DNA of 64,000 nucleotides from a virus (Duplodnaviria; Caudoviricetes): IMG/VR virus record IMGVR_UViG_2695420662_000003, positions 66,837 to 130,836 of that record; one strand, 5' to 3'. Shown piece by piece: positions 9,263 to 19,704 of this stretch (position 1 is its first letter; each line of letters starts with the position of its first letter). The notes under the pieces were generated by a model. It saw only the letters and a program-made list of their open reading frames with translations, ran no database searches and was not told where the DNA came from. The position numbers and the translations under genes were made by a program.

Positions 9263-9844
9263 ATGAAAAAGAGTGAGTTAAGAATGTATTTAAGAAGTAA
9301 ATTACATTTATATTGGAGACCAGTAGTGATTAAAGATTGCTGCGAACACTGCGGATCTAAAGAGAATTTAGAATTACATCATAAATCAGATAGGTTTAAA
9401 GATATAATATCTAATGTTTTAAACGAGTTCGGATACGATGACGATACAAAATTAAAAGATATTCATAATATTGAGTTGATAGTAGATGTTATTTTGGGAA
9501 GACATCTTTACATTAAGCATATTACACTATGTTCGGATTGTCATATTAAGGAGCATCAGAGGTTAAGTAATAAACATAATAGGAGACTATTTGAAGATGT
9601 AGAGTTCCCAAAGGAATTTTTAGATATACCATTAACTACAAGAGAAAAAGATTTAATAGTTAAATATTATGATTTATATAATGAAAAAGGTAGACAGTAT
9701 AAATGGAGAGGGATAAAAGCATTTTTAATCAATAGTAATACATATCAGGTGATCTCAAAGTCAATAAGAATTCCAGGAAATACACATCCAATAAAATGCG
9801 ATATAGTAAGTAGATTTAATAAAAATTTAAAAGGAGGTAAATAA
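9263..9844 (+). CDS. HNH-like endonuclease domain protein
   Basis: CEHCG..LELHH..LCSDCHIKEH. Confidence 0.7.
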   Translation: MKKSELRMYLRSKLHLYWRPVVIKDCCEHCGSKENLELHHKSDRFKDIISNVLNEFGYDDDTKLKDIHNIELIVDVILGRHLYIKHITLCSDCHIKEHQRLSNKHNRRLFEDVEFPKEFLDIPLTTREKDLIVKYYDLYNEKGRQYKWRGIKAFLINSNTYQVISKSIRIPGNTHPIKCDIVSRFNKNLKGGK

Positions 9845-9846
9845 TT

Positions 9847-11067
9847 ATGAATAAAGAAATAATGATAGTAGATGCTATATGTGGCGCAGGGAAAACAACT
9901 TTTGCTATACAGAAAATGAAAGAGGATGATAAACTATATATTTATGTAACTCCTTATTTATCGGAAATAGAAAGAATAATAACGGCAACTGACGGTGATT
10001 TTAAGCAACCAAATAATAAAAATGAAAAGGGTAGTAAGTTGGAGTCTTTAAAATGGTTAGTAACAAGAGGGGAAAATATAGTTTGCACACATGAACTATT
10101 TAAATTATGTGACTTAGAAATGTTAAATTTAATTAAAGATATGGGATATAACTTAATATTAGATGAGGTATTAAATGTAATTAACCCCGTAAAGATATCT
10201 AAGAAGGATATACACATGTTAGAAGTATCTAAAACAATACATATTGATAAAGAAAAAGGAATAATAAAGTGGTTAGACGATGAATACAAAGGTAAATTTG
10301 AAGAACTAAAACATCTATCAAAGAATGATAACTTATTTTTATTTAGAGATACTTTTGTATTTTGGACGCTGCATCATAAAGCGTTTGAATGTTTTAAGGA
10401 TGTTTATATCTTAACTTATTTATTTGATGGATCAATTCAACGTTACTATTATGATTTACATGGATTTAAATATAAAAAGTATTCAGTAATAAAAGATAAC
10501 GATAGATATAGATTAATTGATTATGATAGTAAATTAGATAATAGAGAACGTTTAAAAGAGTTAATTAATATCTATGAAGATAAAGGAAGATCTAAATTAA
10601 ATAGTAATTATTGTAAAAAACCAACAGACAATATGTTTTCGTCTACATGGTTGAGTAAGTGTGATAATAAAACATTAGAAGTTATAAATCAAAACTTATT
10701 TAACTTTTTTAAAACAACAAATACTCCTGTTTCTAAATTATACTGGACTACAATAAAAGATTTCAAAACTAAATTTATCAATAAGAAAACAAAGAATAAG
10801 AATTTTATAAGTGTAAATGTTAGAGCAACCAATGACTACATGAATTGTACGTCCTGTGCGTTTATATATAATAGATACATGAATCCTATTGAACGTGCAT
10901 TCTTTGAGTATCATAATGTTGAAGTTGACGAAGATACTTTAGCATGTGGTGATTTAATTCAATATATCTTTAGATCGTGTATAAGGATAGGTAAACCAAT
11001 TAATGTTTATATACCATCTCAGAGAATGAGAAAACTTTTATATAAATATCTTAATTATGAAATATAA
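9847..11067 (+). CDS. SF2 helicase-like (DEAD/origin-binding-type) protein
   Basis: Walker A DAICGAGKTT, Walker B LILDE, C-terminal QYIFRSCIR. Confidence 0.75.
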   Translation: MNKEIMIVDAICGAGKTTFAIQKMKEDDKLYIYVTPYLSEIERIITATDGDFKQPNNKNEKGSKLESLKWLVTRGENIVCTHELFKLCDLEMLNLIKDMGYNLILDEVLNVINPVKISKKDIHMLEVSKTIHIDKEKGIIKWLDDEYKGKFEELKHLSKNDNLFLFRDTFVFWTLHHKAFECFKDVYILTYLFDGSIQRYYYDLHGFKYKKYSVIKDNDRYRLIDYDSKLDNRERLKELINIYEDKGRSKLNSNYCKKPTDNMFSSTWLSKCDNKTLEVINQNLFNFFKTTNTPVSKLYWTTIKDFKTKFINKKTKNKNFISVNVRATNDYMNCTSCAFIYNRYMNPIERAFFEYHNVEVDEDTLACGDLIQYIFRSCIRIGKPINVYIPSQRMRKLLYKYLNYEI

Positions 11068-12322
11068 AAAAATAATATTAAATTAAAACGAAATTAAAAT
11101 GTTTAATATATAAAGTTCAAAATTAGGAACTTTGTTATTTTCAAATATAGTATTTCCAACACTTTCAGACACTAATCCTTATAAGTAAAAAGTAATACAT
11201 ATAGAAGAGTAAGTATAGACTTACCTTTATTATTTTATAATTACATACCATTATATAAATAAATTTAAATCATATTCAAAGTAATACTAATATATAATAG
11301 TTAACCATTGTACATATAACATATAACTTAATACATACCTTCTAGAGTAGACGATAAAACGTGTCTACTCTTATTCGTTCATAACTAAAGTTATTCACTC
11401 ATATAACAATCTTATTTATGGTAATGATTACCTTAGAGGATGTCTAGTATATAGATGTCCTTTTATTATGTGTAGTATTAGTTAGTGTATGTATAGTATG
11501 TATACTTAGTTAATCATTGTATAGTGTATAGTATGTTATAGTATAAGTGTATTGTATTAATAGTAAGTATTATGTATGTGTGATGTAGTAGTTGTTAGTG
11601 TGATAGAGTTGTAAGACATAAGGAAGAGTTAAGAAGGATAGAGGACTCACAGGGTTAGTTGATTGTTGGTTAGTAGTTATATTCTATTATAGATAGTATT
11701 AGTTGCTGCTATTATATTATTATAAGTTGTATTATTGGATAGTATCATTATATCTTTATCGTTGTTATCATTCCCTTATTATCGTTAAAATATTTTATTA
11801 TTATATTGTTGTTACTATTGTTAGTTATGTCATTTGTCATTGTTAAGTGTTCACCATATATAAGAGAAGGTTAACCTAATAATTTTAATATTAGAGGGTA
11901 TAAATTTTCTATTAATATACTTTTAAATTATCTCATTTTGAGACTATATAGAGCCAATAAAAACCACCCTAAAGAATAGCGTACACAATTAAAGTTATAT
12001 ACGTTATACCCCTACTTTCATAAAAAAGAGGCGTTTTTGAGTAGCTGAGGTGGGTTAGTAGTTTACAACATACACCATGAAAATTTTACCGTATAACCGT
12101 TGGTATAACTTAATCCTAGAAATATTCATTTTAATAATCACACTTAAAATAAGTATAAAATCACCCTTAAATTAACCAACTTATATTAAAATGAAATTAA
12201 AATTATTTATCATTAAAATTAAAATGTTTTATCTAATTATTAAAACGAAATTAAAATGTAAAAATAGAGGTTTAAGCTAAAATGCTTATTTTTATACGGT
12301 AAATGGGTACGGAAACACCGTA

Positions 12323-12484
12323 TAAAATCCCCATATATCGCAATTTTAGAGGGTATAAAAATGGGCATAAAAAAGAGAGTTACTAAGAAAAATCCTTAAA
12401 TAACTCCCATATATCGCAACTTTACCGTATAGGCCTACCGTATGCAATTTTTATAAAATAAAATCCCCATATATCGCAATTTTA
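12323..12484 (+). repeat. iteron-like direct repeats TAAAATCCCCATATATCGCAATTTTA
   Basis: Identical 26 bp copies at 12323-12348 and 12459-12484, a partial copy at 12405-12420, interspersed with ACCGTAT motifs. Confidence 0.85.
12369..12408 (-). terminator. intrinsic terminator downstream of the Replic_Relax gene
   Basis: Minus strand GGGAGTTATT...AGTAACTCTC-TTTTTT. Confidence 0.6.
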
Positions 12485-13207
12485 AAATAACTCCGTATCG
12501 CACTTACACGGTGAAATTTGGTTCAATCGCAATATTTCTTCCTGTTTTTCAGGTGATAATTCTATGAAACCATTAGTTTGATCTAAGAAATCTTTTATAA
12601 AATTCATTAAATTACTCATGCATAATTTAATTCTAATATATTCCGTATTCTTGAGATAGAATTTTACTTTCCTGTCTGTACATATAATAATTGTTGGTAA
12701 GATATATCCTCGTTGTTCTAATGCATAATATTTATCGCAGTTGAAATATTTATTATTTTCTAACTCTAACAAATATTCATATTCGACATCTTGATACTTG
12801 ATTAAGATATATACATCTGGCTTAACTCTAAAATCATCAACTTCAATTAAATACTTACAGTTAAACTCTAATATCTCAAAATTAAATATCTTAGATTGCT
12901 CAAGTAATTTTATATAGAATTCATTTATTAATATTTCGTGAATAATATTTTTAGGTTTTCTATTTAAATAATAATAGTTTTCGTTTTTCAATAAATCTGT
13001 ATGTCTATTATTTACGAATATATTTTCCATTGGATCATATCTAACCTTTTTTAAATTAGGTATACATTCTATAAGTTTATTTAATCTTTGATGTTGTATA
13101 GTAGTAGACATATTAAATATTCTTTGAATTTGTGAACTTGTAATTAATGAGTGGTTGTCTAAAAAGGATAATATGTTCTTATCTCTATCTGTCAATCTAA
13201 CTCTCAT
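12482..13207 (-). CDS. replication-relaxation (Replic_Relax) family protein
   Basis: N-terminal LTDRDKNIL..ITSSQIQRIF..RLNKL winged helix; IHEILINEFY; VKPDVYI..LLELE PD-(D/E)xK-like core. Confidence 0.75.
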   Translation of the reverse strand: MRVRLTDRDKNILSFLDNHSLITSSQIQRIFNMSTTIQHQRLNKLIECIPNLKKVRYDPMENIFVNNRHTDLLKNENYYYLNRKPKNIIHEILINEFYIKLLEQSKIFNFEILEFNCKYLIEVDDFRVKPDVYILIKYQDVEYEYLLELENNKYFNCDKYYALEQRGYILPTIIICTDRKVKFYLKNTEYIRIKLCMSNLMNFIKDFLDQTNGFIELSPEKQEEILRLNQISPCKCDTELF

Positions 13208-13544
13208 ACTGAATACCCCCATATTTTATAGTATGTTATATGTATATGTTCATTGCTTTAAAAATGTTAATATTTTCTATGTGTAAAGAAAGATGGTATA
13301 AAATTTCCATATTTTAGGACAGGCATTTTAGATTTAAATAAATAGCGGGATAGTTTTGGAAAACCACCAAAAGAGAGGTGGACAAGTAATAAGGAATATA
13401 GGTATACCAATGGTTGTAAGGGTATTTACCTCCTATATCCTATTTAGGACTTTTGTTTAGGAGTTTTTATTTATTTTCTATTCACAATACACACTTAATC
13501 TACATATACTGTACTATAACTGCAGATAAAAAGGAGAAGATCAA

Positions 13545-14036
13545 ATGAATAGTAAAGCATATATAAAAGATGTATATAAATTAATTCAATCAGATTCAGA
13601 AGAAATATGTAAAGGTAGAAAATTTAAAATTCATAAACTTACTCTAAAAGATAAGCTTAAATCTAAAAGAGAAGTTGAAATATTGTTATCTGATGGAATT
13701 AATTATTACAATTCAGTAGAAAATGTAAATCTTAAGAATTGTAAAATGGTAATAAAGTTAGATGGTGAAGTTAAGTATGAAAGTGATAAAGGTGTTTTTA
13801 AGAATACTAAAATATCATATAAGTCAGCAGGTAAATTCAGTTTTAAAGAATTTATAAAACTTAATACACCAGATCCAATAGAGGTAAACCTAAAAAGTAT
13901 AGATTTTAGTAGAGATTATCATAGAAATCAATATCATACTTTTAGAAAACTTATTGCATGTCAAATAAAATTAGATAATGCATTAAGAAATTTTATAGAA
14001 TCAAATACTTTTAGAATTAATAAAGAGATAAGTTAG
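13545..14036 (+). CDS. hypothetical protein
   Basis: 163 aa, AAGGAG SD. Confidence 0.75.
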   Translation: MNSKAYIKDVYKLIQSDSEEICKGRKFKIHKLTLKDKLKSKREVEILLSDGINYYNSVENVNLKNCKMVIKLDGEVKYESDKGVFKNTKISYKSAGKFSFKEFIKLNTPDPIEVNLKSIDFSRDYHRNQYHTFRKLIACQIKLDNALRNFIESNTFRINKEIS

Positions 14037-14531
14037 ATATTCGTTTAATATAGTTTGTAATTATGCAATCTTTTATAGGTAATTCATCTTATAATCCCCA
14101 TTGGTGTGCGATAAAAGATCGACTTTACATTATAAAGATTGTATAGTGACATTTTATATTAAATGAATATACGGACTTATTCAAATATTAATCCTAAAAG
14201 TAAAGATTTAATAGAAATTATAATACCCAGGATTAACTTAAGTTAAATTGATTTATTTAACTTAATGATATTATTACCCAATACTCTAATTATATACTGT
14301 AAAGATTAACCATTTATCAATGGAGCGTTATGAGTTAATATAGGGACTTTATAAAGGCGAGAAGTTGATAAATAATCCTATATCTAAATACACTTAATAA
14401 AAAATAGTAAGTATATTTACTTGCAGTAAGCGTAAAATATACTATTTATGCTTAGAATTGCAAAAGATACATGTTATAACATAAATACACAATCAATATA
14501 TCAAAATAAATAACAAAGGAGAATATTCACT

Positions 14532-14669
14532 ATGAACATATTAGATTTACTAAAGCTATTAACTCAACCAATAGAAAATAGTAAGGCGTTTTTTGTTATA
14601 TCGCCCATGTTAGTTTTTATATCAGTATCATTGCTTTATAAGGGCTACAGACTTGTCAAAACTAAATAA
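14532..14669 (+). CDS. small hydrophobic peptide (45 aa), type I toxin-like
   Basis: AAAGGAG SD; MNILDLLKLLTQPIENSKAFFVISPMLVFISVSLLYKGYRLVKTK, one TM segment and a basic tail. Confidence 0.6.
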   Translation: MNILDLLKLLTQPIENSKAFFVISPMLVFISVSLLYKGYRLVKTK

Positions 14670-14755
14670 TTATATTAAAACCGTATAATATCAAGATTTG
14701 TTAAGTGTGTAGCGGGGCGCATTTAAAAATCAAGATAATATACGGTTACTTAGCG

Positions 14756-15220
14756 TTAAATTAATTTTATAAAATCATTAACTATATTCCAAAGGCCATA
14801 CATGATCATAATTAAAAGTAAAAATAGAACAAACATAAACATATTATCTATGGCACTCCATTTGTATGCAATAACCTCTCTATCAAGATTTGGGGCTGTT
14901 GCAGGATCTATAACGGGTCTTATATTTTTCCACACCTTCCAATCTTCAAGATGCTGATTGGGTATAAAGTAAAGTCTACTACCTTTGTGTACTTGATTGA
15001 ATTCTGGTTGGAAATATTGAATTAATTGTTTCTCTATATAATTAATATCTACGTCTTCATCTATCTCTTTAAAATCTATTCTAGCAACATTATCAAGACA
15101 TATCTGTGGTAAATGTCCATTTTTACCAAAATGACTACTCATACGGTTGCTAATTGAATTTGTTTGTCCAATATATAAAATTTTCCCAACATCATCTATA
15201 AATCTATATACGTAATTCAT
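14756..15220 (-). CDS. GIY-YIG nuclease domain protein with C-terminal TM helix
   Basis: YVYRF..LYIGQT..R..H..E..FN motif; hydrophobic C-terminus. Confidence 0.8.
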   Translation of the reverse strand: MNYVYRFIDDVGKILYIGQTNSISNRMSSHFGKNGHLPQICLDNVARIDFKEIDEDVDINYIEKQLIQYFQPEFNQVHKGSRLYFIPNQHLEDWKVWKNIRPVIDPATAPNLDREVIAYKWSAIDNMFMFVLFLLLIMIMYGLWNIVNDFIKLI

Positions 15221-15287
15221 ATAAATATCATCTCCAAATAAAATAAAGTGCAACCATAGTATTTACAGTTACACTTTGAGTTATTCA

Positions 15288-16793
15288 TTATTTATTAAAC
15301 TCGCAATATTTATTTAAATAATCTTCCATATCTTTATCGGAAAGATAAAATCCTTTAAATTCAACTTTACCATTTTCACACTCATCATTAAATAATATAC
15401 CATGTCCTTTACCATTTAATTTAGATAAGCAAGTGTCATCGCATATTATTTTAGAATTAGATCCATTTACAGCCTTAAATCCTATTACATTAGTTAAACT
15501 TGCTTTAAAATCAGGAGACATTAACTTAGCAGATGGTCTTTGTATATTACATAAAACAGTTATTCCAGCACTTCTACACAAGAACCCTAACTCTGCTAAA
15601 TCTTTTTGAAGATTTCCATTACTAATTAGTCTAACTGCATCATCTATTGCTAAAACTATTCTATTCAACTGTTTATCTTTAGATACTCTTTTATTATAAT
15701 CTGAAAGATTTTTTGCATTAACCTTTTCAAACAAATCACTTCTTCTGTCACATTCTTGTATTAACTCTTTTATGAAATCCCATGCCTCATCTTTATCTTT
15801 TGTATACTTAACAACACTTTTACATTTCTTATACATTCCAAATTCAGTTCTTTTTAAATCTATTAGGTAAAATTTAATATCCTTACGTCTACAAAGAAGT
15901 TGAGTAAGGATTAGATTTGTACAAACCGATTTCCCAGACCCAGTACATCCTGCTATTAATAGATTCGGATTTGTATCTAGATTCAAATAAACTGTTTCTC
16001 CCCTTTTATCTAAACCTATTTCTATAATCAATTCATCTAAGAACTTATTAATATCTAATGAATATGGTGCATTTTCTGGAAGTTCCTTTGTAAGAACATC
16101 TATATATAAATATCCATCTTTAATTTTAAAAGATATATCATCGTGGCCTATAAATTCCTTTATGGCAACATCTATATTTTTTAGGTGATATGTTGATAAT
16201 CCTATAGTTGATTTGAATTTATAGATATACCCATATTTTGTTTCCTTTATATCTATTAATTCTGGATACTCTCCACCTCTACTTTTAATATCTGAATACT
16301 CCCAAAAGTCCATCCAATCCTTCTGTTGTTGTGATAAAGTAGATATGTTCAAATATAATTTATTATCTTTTATATTTATTTTCATATTATCAACTTCTAA
16401 CATTTCTTTTATACGATCAGAAATCTTCTCTATATCCGATTTATATATTCCAAATGGTAATTCAAACATTATAGTTCTTTTCAGACCATCTAGTATGTCA
16501 TATGCAAACTTAGGACATGTGTCGTTGCATGTAATTTTATTATTTGACCAAAATAATTCCCATATTTCACAATTATATTTATAATTCTCTTTTTGAATTC
16601 TTTTATCTTTAGTGAGAACTCTATATATACCGTATATACCACCTGCTGCACCTACTCCGCATAAAGCTACTGGAGCACCTATAGATAGTATAGGTAATGC
16701 TATTGAAGATACAACACTAGGATATGCTGCACCTAATGCTAAACCTGAGCCTAAAATCCCTAATCCTATATCTATATTATTTATTTCACCCAT
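15288..16793 (-). CDS. FtsK/SpoIIIE-family ATPase with N-terminal membrane anchor
   Basis: Walker A AGCTGSGKS, LIDLKRTEF, LAIDD, RSAGI..QRP; GGGGG SD before MGEIN. Confidence 0.88.
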   Translation of the reverse strand: MGEINNIDIGLGILGSGLALGAAYPSVVSSIALPILSIGAPVALCGVGAAGGIYGIYRVLTKDKRIQKENYKYNCEIWELFWSNNKITCNDTCPKFAYDILDGLKRTIMFELPFGIYKSDIEKISDRIKEMLEVDNMKINIKDNKLYLNISTLSQQQKDWMDFWEYSDIKSRGGEYPELIDIKETKYGYIYKFKSTIGLSTYHLKNIDVAIKEFIGHDDISFKIKDGYLYIDVLTKELPENAPYSLDINKFLDELIIEIGLDKRGETVYLNLDTNPNLLIAGCTGSGKSVCTNLILTQLLCRRKDIKFYLIDLKRTEFGMYKKCKSVVKYTKDKDEAWDFIKELIQECDRRSDLFEKVNAKNLSDYNKRVSKDKQLNRIVLAIDDAVRLISNGNLQKDLAELGFLCRSAGITVLCNIQRPSAKLMSPDFKASLTNVIGFKAVNGSNSKIICDDTCLSKLNGKGHGILFNDECENGKVEFKGFYLSDKDMEDYLNKYCEFNK

Positions 16794-16944
16794 ATAACTA
16801 CCCCCATTTTCATTTATAATATAGTGTATGAAAAATATTAAGAAAAGTTCATATATTTTTATATTTTTTATTGACACCACTATACTTAATATATATAATT
16901 AAAGTGTAAGGTAAATTCTTACAAAGTACATATGAAGAGGAGAA

Positions 16945-17706
16945 TTGAATATGAAAATAAAGAGTAGAGATGTTAAGTTATTTCTAACAGGGGGAATAAT
17001 ATCTTGGGCAATCACAAGTGGTCTTGTGGTGTTTCCATTAGATCAAGAAAACAGAGATTTGAAATTGAAAAATGAACAACGTACTCAAATTAATAATGAT
17101 TTAATGAGCAAAAACAAGGAACTTATTGGTAAAAATAGTAAAAAATCTAAGAAATTAATAGAAAAAGATAAAAAAATTGAGCAATTAGAAGAAAAAATAA
17201 AGGATTTTGAGTTTAAATCGGTAAATTTTAATCCAAATGATATAACTCAACCCACCAATATCAAAGCGAAACAATTAGAAATATTATTTAAGAGCAACAG
17301 TACATATGAGAATTTGATAGGATTAGAAAAGGCTTTTGTGGATGCAGAAGAAAAGTATGGAGTAAATGCGATATTTTTATTAAGTTTGGTATCGCAAGAG
17401 TCTAATTATGCGAAAAGCAGTAGGGCAATTAACAACAATAACCTAACGGGTTACGCTGTATATTCTAATGACAGTGAGGGTAGATCATTTAATAGTAAGT
17501 ATGATTCTATACTATCTACCGCAAGGTTACTAAGGGAAGATTATTTAAATGAGAATGGAAAATATTTTAAAGGGTTAGATATTTATAGTGTGAATAGCAG
17601 TTACTGTGTTACTGAGGATAAATACTCATGGTCTAGGAATATAATAAGTATAGCAAGTACATATATTGAAAAACTTAATGCGATTAATAGCCAATTTAAC
17701 GCATAA
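16945..17706 (+). CDS. membrane-anchored glucosaminidase (GH73-like cell wall hydrolase)
   Basis: TM plus coiled coil, then AEEKYGVNAIFLLSLVSQES..NNLTG..YC..W. Confidence 0.85.
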   Translation: MNMKIKSRDVKLFLTGGIISWAITSGLVVFPLDQENRDLKLKNEQRTQINNDLMSKNKELIGKNSKKSKKLIEKDKKIEQLEEKIKDFEFKSVNFNPNDITQPTNIKAKQLEILFKSNSTYENLIGLEKAFVDAEEKYGVNAIFLLSLVSQESNYAKSSRAINNNNLTGYAVYSNDSEGRSFNSKYDSILSTARLLREDYLNENGKYFKGLDIYSVNSSYCVTEDKYSWSRNIISIASTYIEKLNAINSQFNA

Positions 17707-17799
17707 TGTTTAATTATAGGATAAATAAGTTTAGTACATAATTAAAACCTCTTAGAATGGCTATAAATAGATAATTTAATACATTGGAAGGATGATTAA

Positions 17800-18738
17800 A
17801 TGGATAAACTCACGCAACATAAAGTAGGAGTTGTATATGATGAATACGGAGAAATACTAAAAACTATAATAATTAAAGATGATGAAGATATTGAAATTAT
17901 TAATAAAAAACGGAGATTACAAGAGTCTCAACTAAACTATATTAATAATAAAAACGAACTACATAAACAAAGTTGTTTATTAGGAGGTTATGTACATATG
18001 GCATACGTAAAAAATGAATTACTATTCAATAATATAGGTATAGATAGGGCTAATATAAGCAGATTAATATACCTATCTACTTATATAGATTATAATAATA
18101 GACAAGAAAATCTACTTATTAAATATACCCAGAACAACAAGGTGAAGCCATTATCAAAATATGAGATTAAGAAACTATTGAAGTTGAATGATACCGCATT
18201 TAAATCATTTATGGCGGATGTGATAAAACACAATCTTATAATTGAAGAAGACGGGTTTTTCTATATAAGTAATGATTATTTTTCAAAAGGGTTGATAGAT
18301 AAATCTAAACTTAACAATAAAGAGTACACCAGGATTTTCATAGATACTACAAGAATGTTATTTGAGAATTGCACAAGTAGGCAACATAAACAACTTAGTT
18401 ATATATATCAACTAATTCCATTTATGAATTTTGAGTTAAATGTAATATGTAGCAACCCACATGAAACTGATTTTTATGAATTAGATAAATTAAGTCTTAT
18501 TCAGATATGTAAATTATTAGGAACTAGCACGGTCAAATCATCTATGAATAAACTTGAAAATAATTTATTGAAATTTCATATAAAAATTGATGGTAAAAAA
18601 TATTATTTATTCAAAAGAGTTATCGTAAAGGGTGGAAATGGAAAATTTGATTATTTTATTATTAATCCTTATGTTATATGGGGTGGAAAAGATACAGATA
18701 AGGTAAAAGATACACTACAGACTTTATTATTTAAATAG
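17800..18738 (+). CDS. Rep-like/winged-helix DNA-binding protein
   Basis: RLIYLSTYIDY, KPLSKYEIKKLLKL HTH-like segment, C-terminal IINPYV; followed by direct repeats. Confidence 0.55.
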   Translation: MDKLTQHKVGVVYDEYGEILKTIIIKDDEDIEIINKKRRLQESQLNYINNKNELHKQSCLLGGYVHMAYVKNELLFNNIGIDRANISRLIYLSTYIDYNNRQENLLIKYTQNNKVKPLSKYEIKKLLKLNDTAFKSFMADVIKHNLIIEEDGFFYISNDYFSKGLIDKSKLNNKEYTRIFIDTTRMLFENCTSRQHKQLSYIYQLIPFMNFELNVICSNPHETDFYELDKLSLIQICKLLGTSTVKSSMNKLENNLLKFHIKIDGKKYYLFKRVIVKGGNGKFDYFIINPYVIWGGKDTDKVKDTLQTLLFK

Positions 18739-18792
18739 TAAGTTCTATTTCTGCGACCAAAAACACCGTAGTAAGTTCTATTTCTGCGACCA
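18736..18792 (+). repeat. 24 bp direct repeat x2 (TAGTAAGTTCTATTTCTGCGACCA), 33 bp period
   Basis: Copies at 18736-18759 and 18769-18792. Confidence 0.9.
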
Positions 18793-19085
18793 CTGGTTTT
18801 TACGGATAAACGTTGAAATATCAACGATTTTTATTAAAAAAAAGATGTTCAACTCTTATATATTATATAAACTTAAATTGTCACACTAAGTAAATAAAAT
18901 ACATATAAAGAAAAAATAATTCTCTGGGCAAAACACGTTCTATCGTTTTGAACAGATGAGACACAACTTGTTTGTGGCGAACATATTAAGTTATACGTTA
19001 CATATACACTTCACGAAAACAAGTTTCGCTCGTGTTCTGATCAAATTAAAAATCAAATTTGCTCAGAGAAAATTTAAAATATCTA

Positions 19086-19114
19086 TTGACAAGTATGATA
19101 AGTTCATATACAAT
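19086..19114 (+). promoter_or_regulatory. SigA promoter with ATGATAAGTTCAT operator
   Basis: ttgaca-agtatgataagttcata-tacaat. Confidence 0.85.
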
Positions 19115-19165
19115 TAAATTAAGATAACAAGTTAGTTATCAAGTACATATGAAGGAGAATTGAAT

Positions 19166-19330
19166 ATGGTTTTTATAATATTAATATTGATGATTGCATA
19201 TTCTATAAATAGAGGTGTAAATTCAAAATCTGAATCGGGATTAAATATGTGGTCAAAAGTATTTTACATAATTATCACTATGTATATAATATATTCGCTA
19301 TATACAATTATTAATATATTGTTATTATAG
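19166..19330 (+). CDS. small two-TM membrane protein (54 aa)
   Basis: AAGGAG SD directly downstream of the promoter; not in the ORF track. Confidence 0.6.
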   Translation: MVFIILILMIAYSINRGVNSKSESGLNMWSKVFYIIITMYIIYSLYTIINILLL

Positions 19331-19451
19331 GCTGTAAGAGCCACGGTGAGAAGATTTAATACGTAGTAGGATTAATTATATTAATAATGATTTAAAATTG
19401 AATATAATGGGTTTAAATGGTTTAGAATAATTATATTAGGAGGATAATAGA

Positions 19452-19682
19452 GTGAATTTTAATAAGGTGAGATTAGAAATATTAGAAAGGTTAAACGAAA
19501 GATACGAGGACGGAGTATATCATTTAAACATAGAAGATATAGAAGATTGTGTTGGAGATATAATGAGTACATATGGGATTGAATTAGAAGATATTGAAAA
19601 TATGATAGTTTATGAAGAAAATTATCATGCTAAACTAGATGCATTAAATCATGATGGGACGCATCTAGAGGAAGAGAATTAA
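19452..19682 (+). CDS. acidic hypothetical protein
   Basis: AGGAGG SD, 76 aa. Confidence 0.75.
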   Translation: MNFNKVRLEILERLNERYEDGVYHLNIEDIEDCVGDIMSTYGIELEDIENMIVYEENYHAKLDALNHDGTHLEEEN

Positions 19683-19704
19683 TAAAAAGAATGGGAGAGT
19701 CAGA

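Noticed and set aside
12323..18792. Direct repeats as a possible CRISPR array
   Set aside because: Only 2-3 copies per family, spacing irregular or too short, and no cas genes other than tnpB
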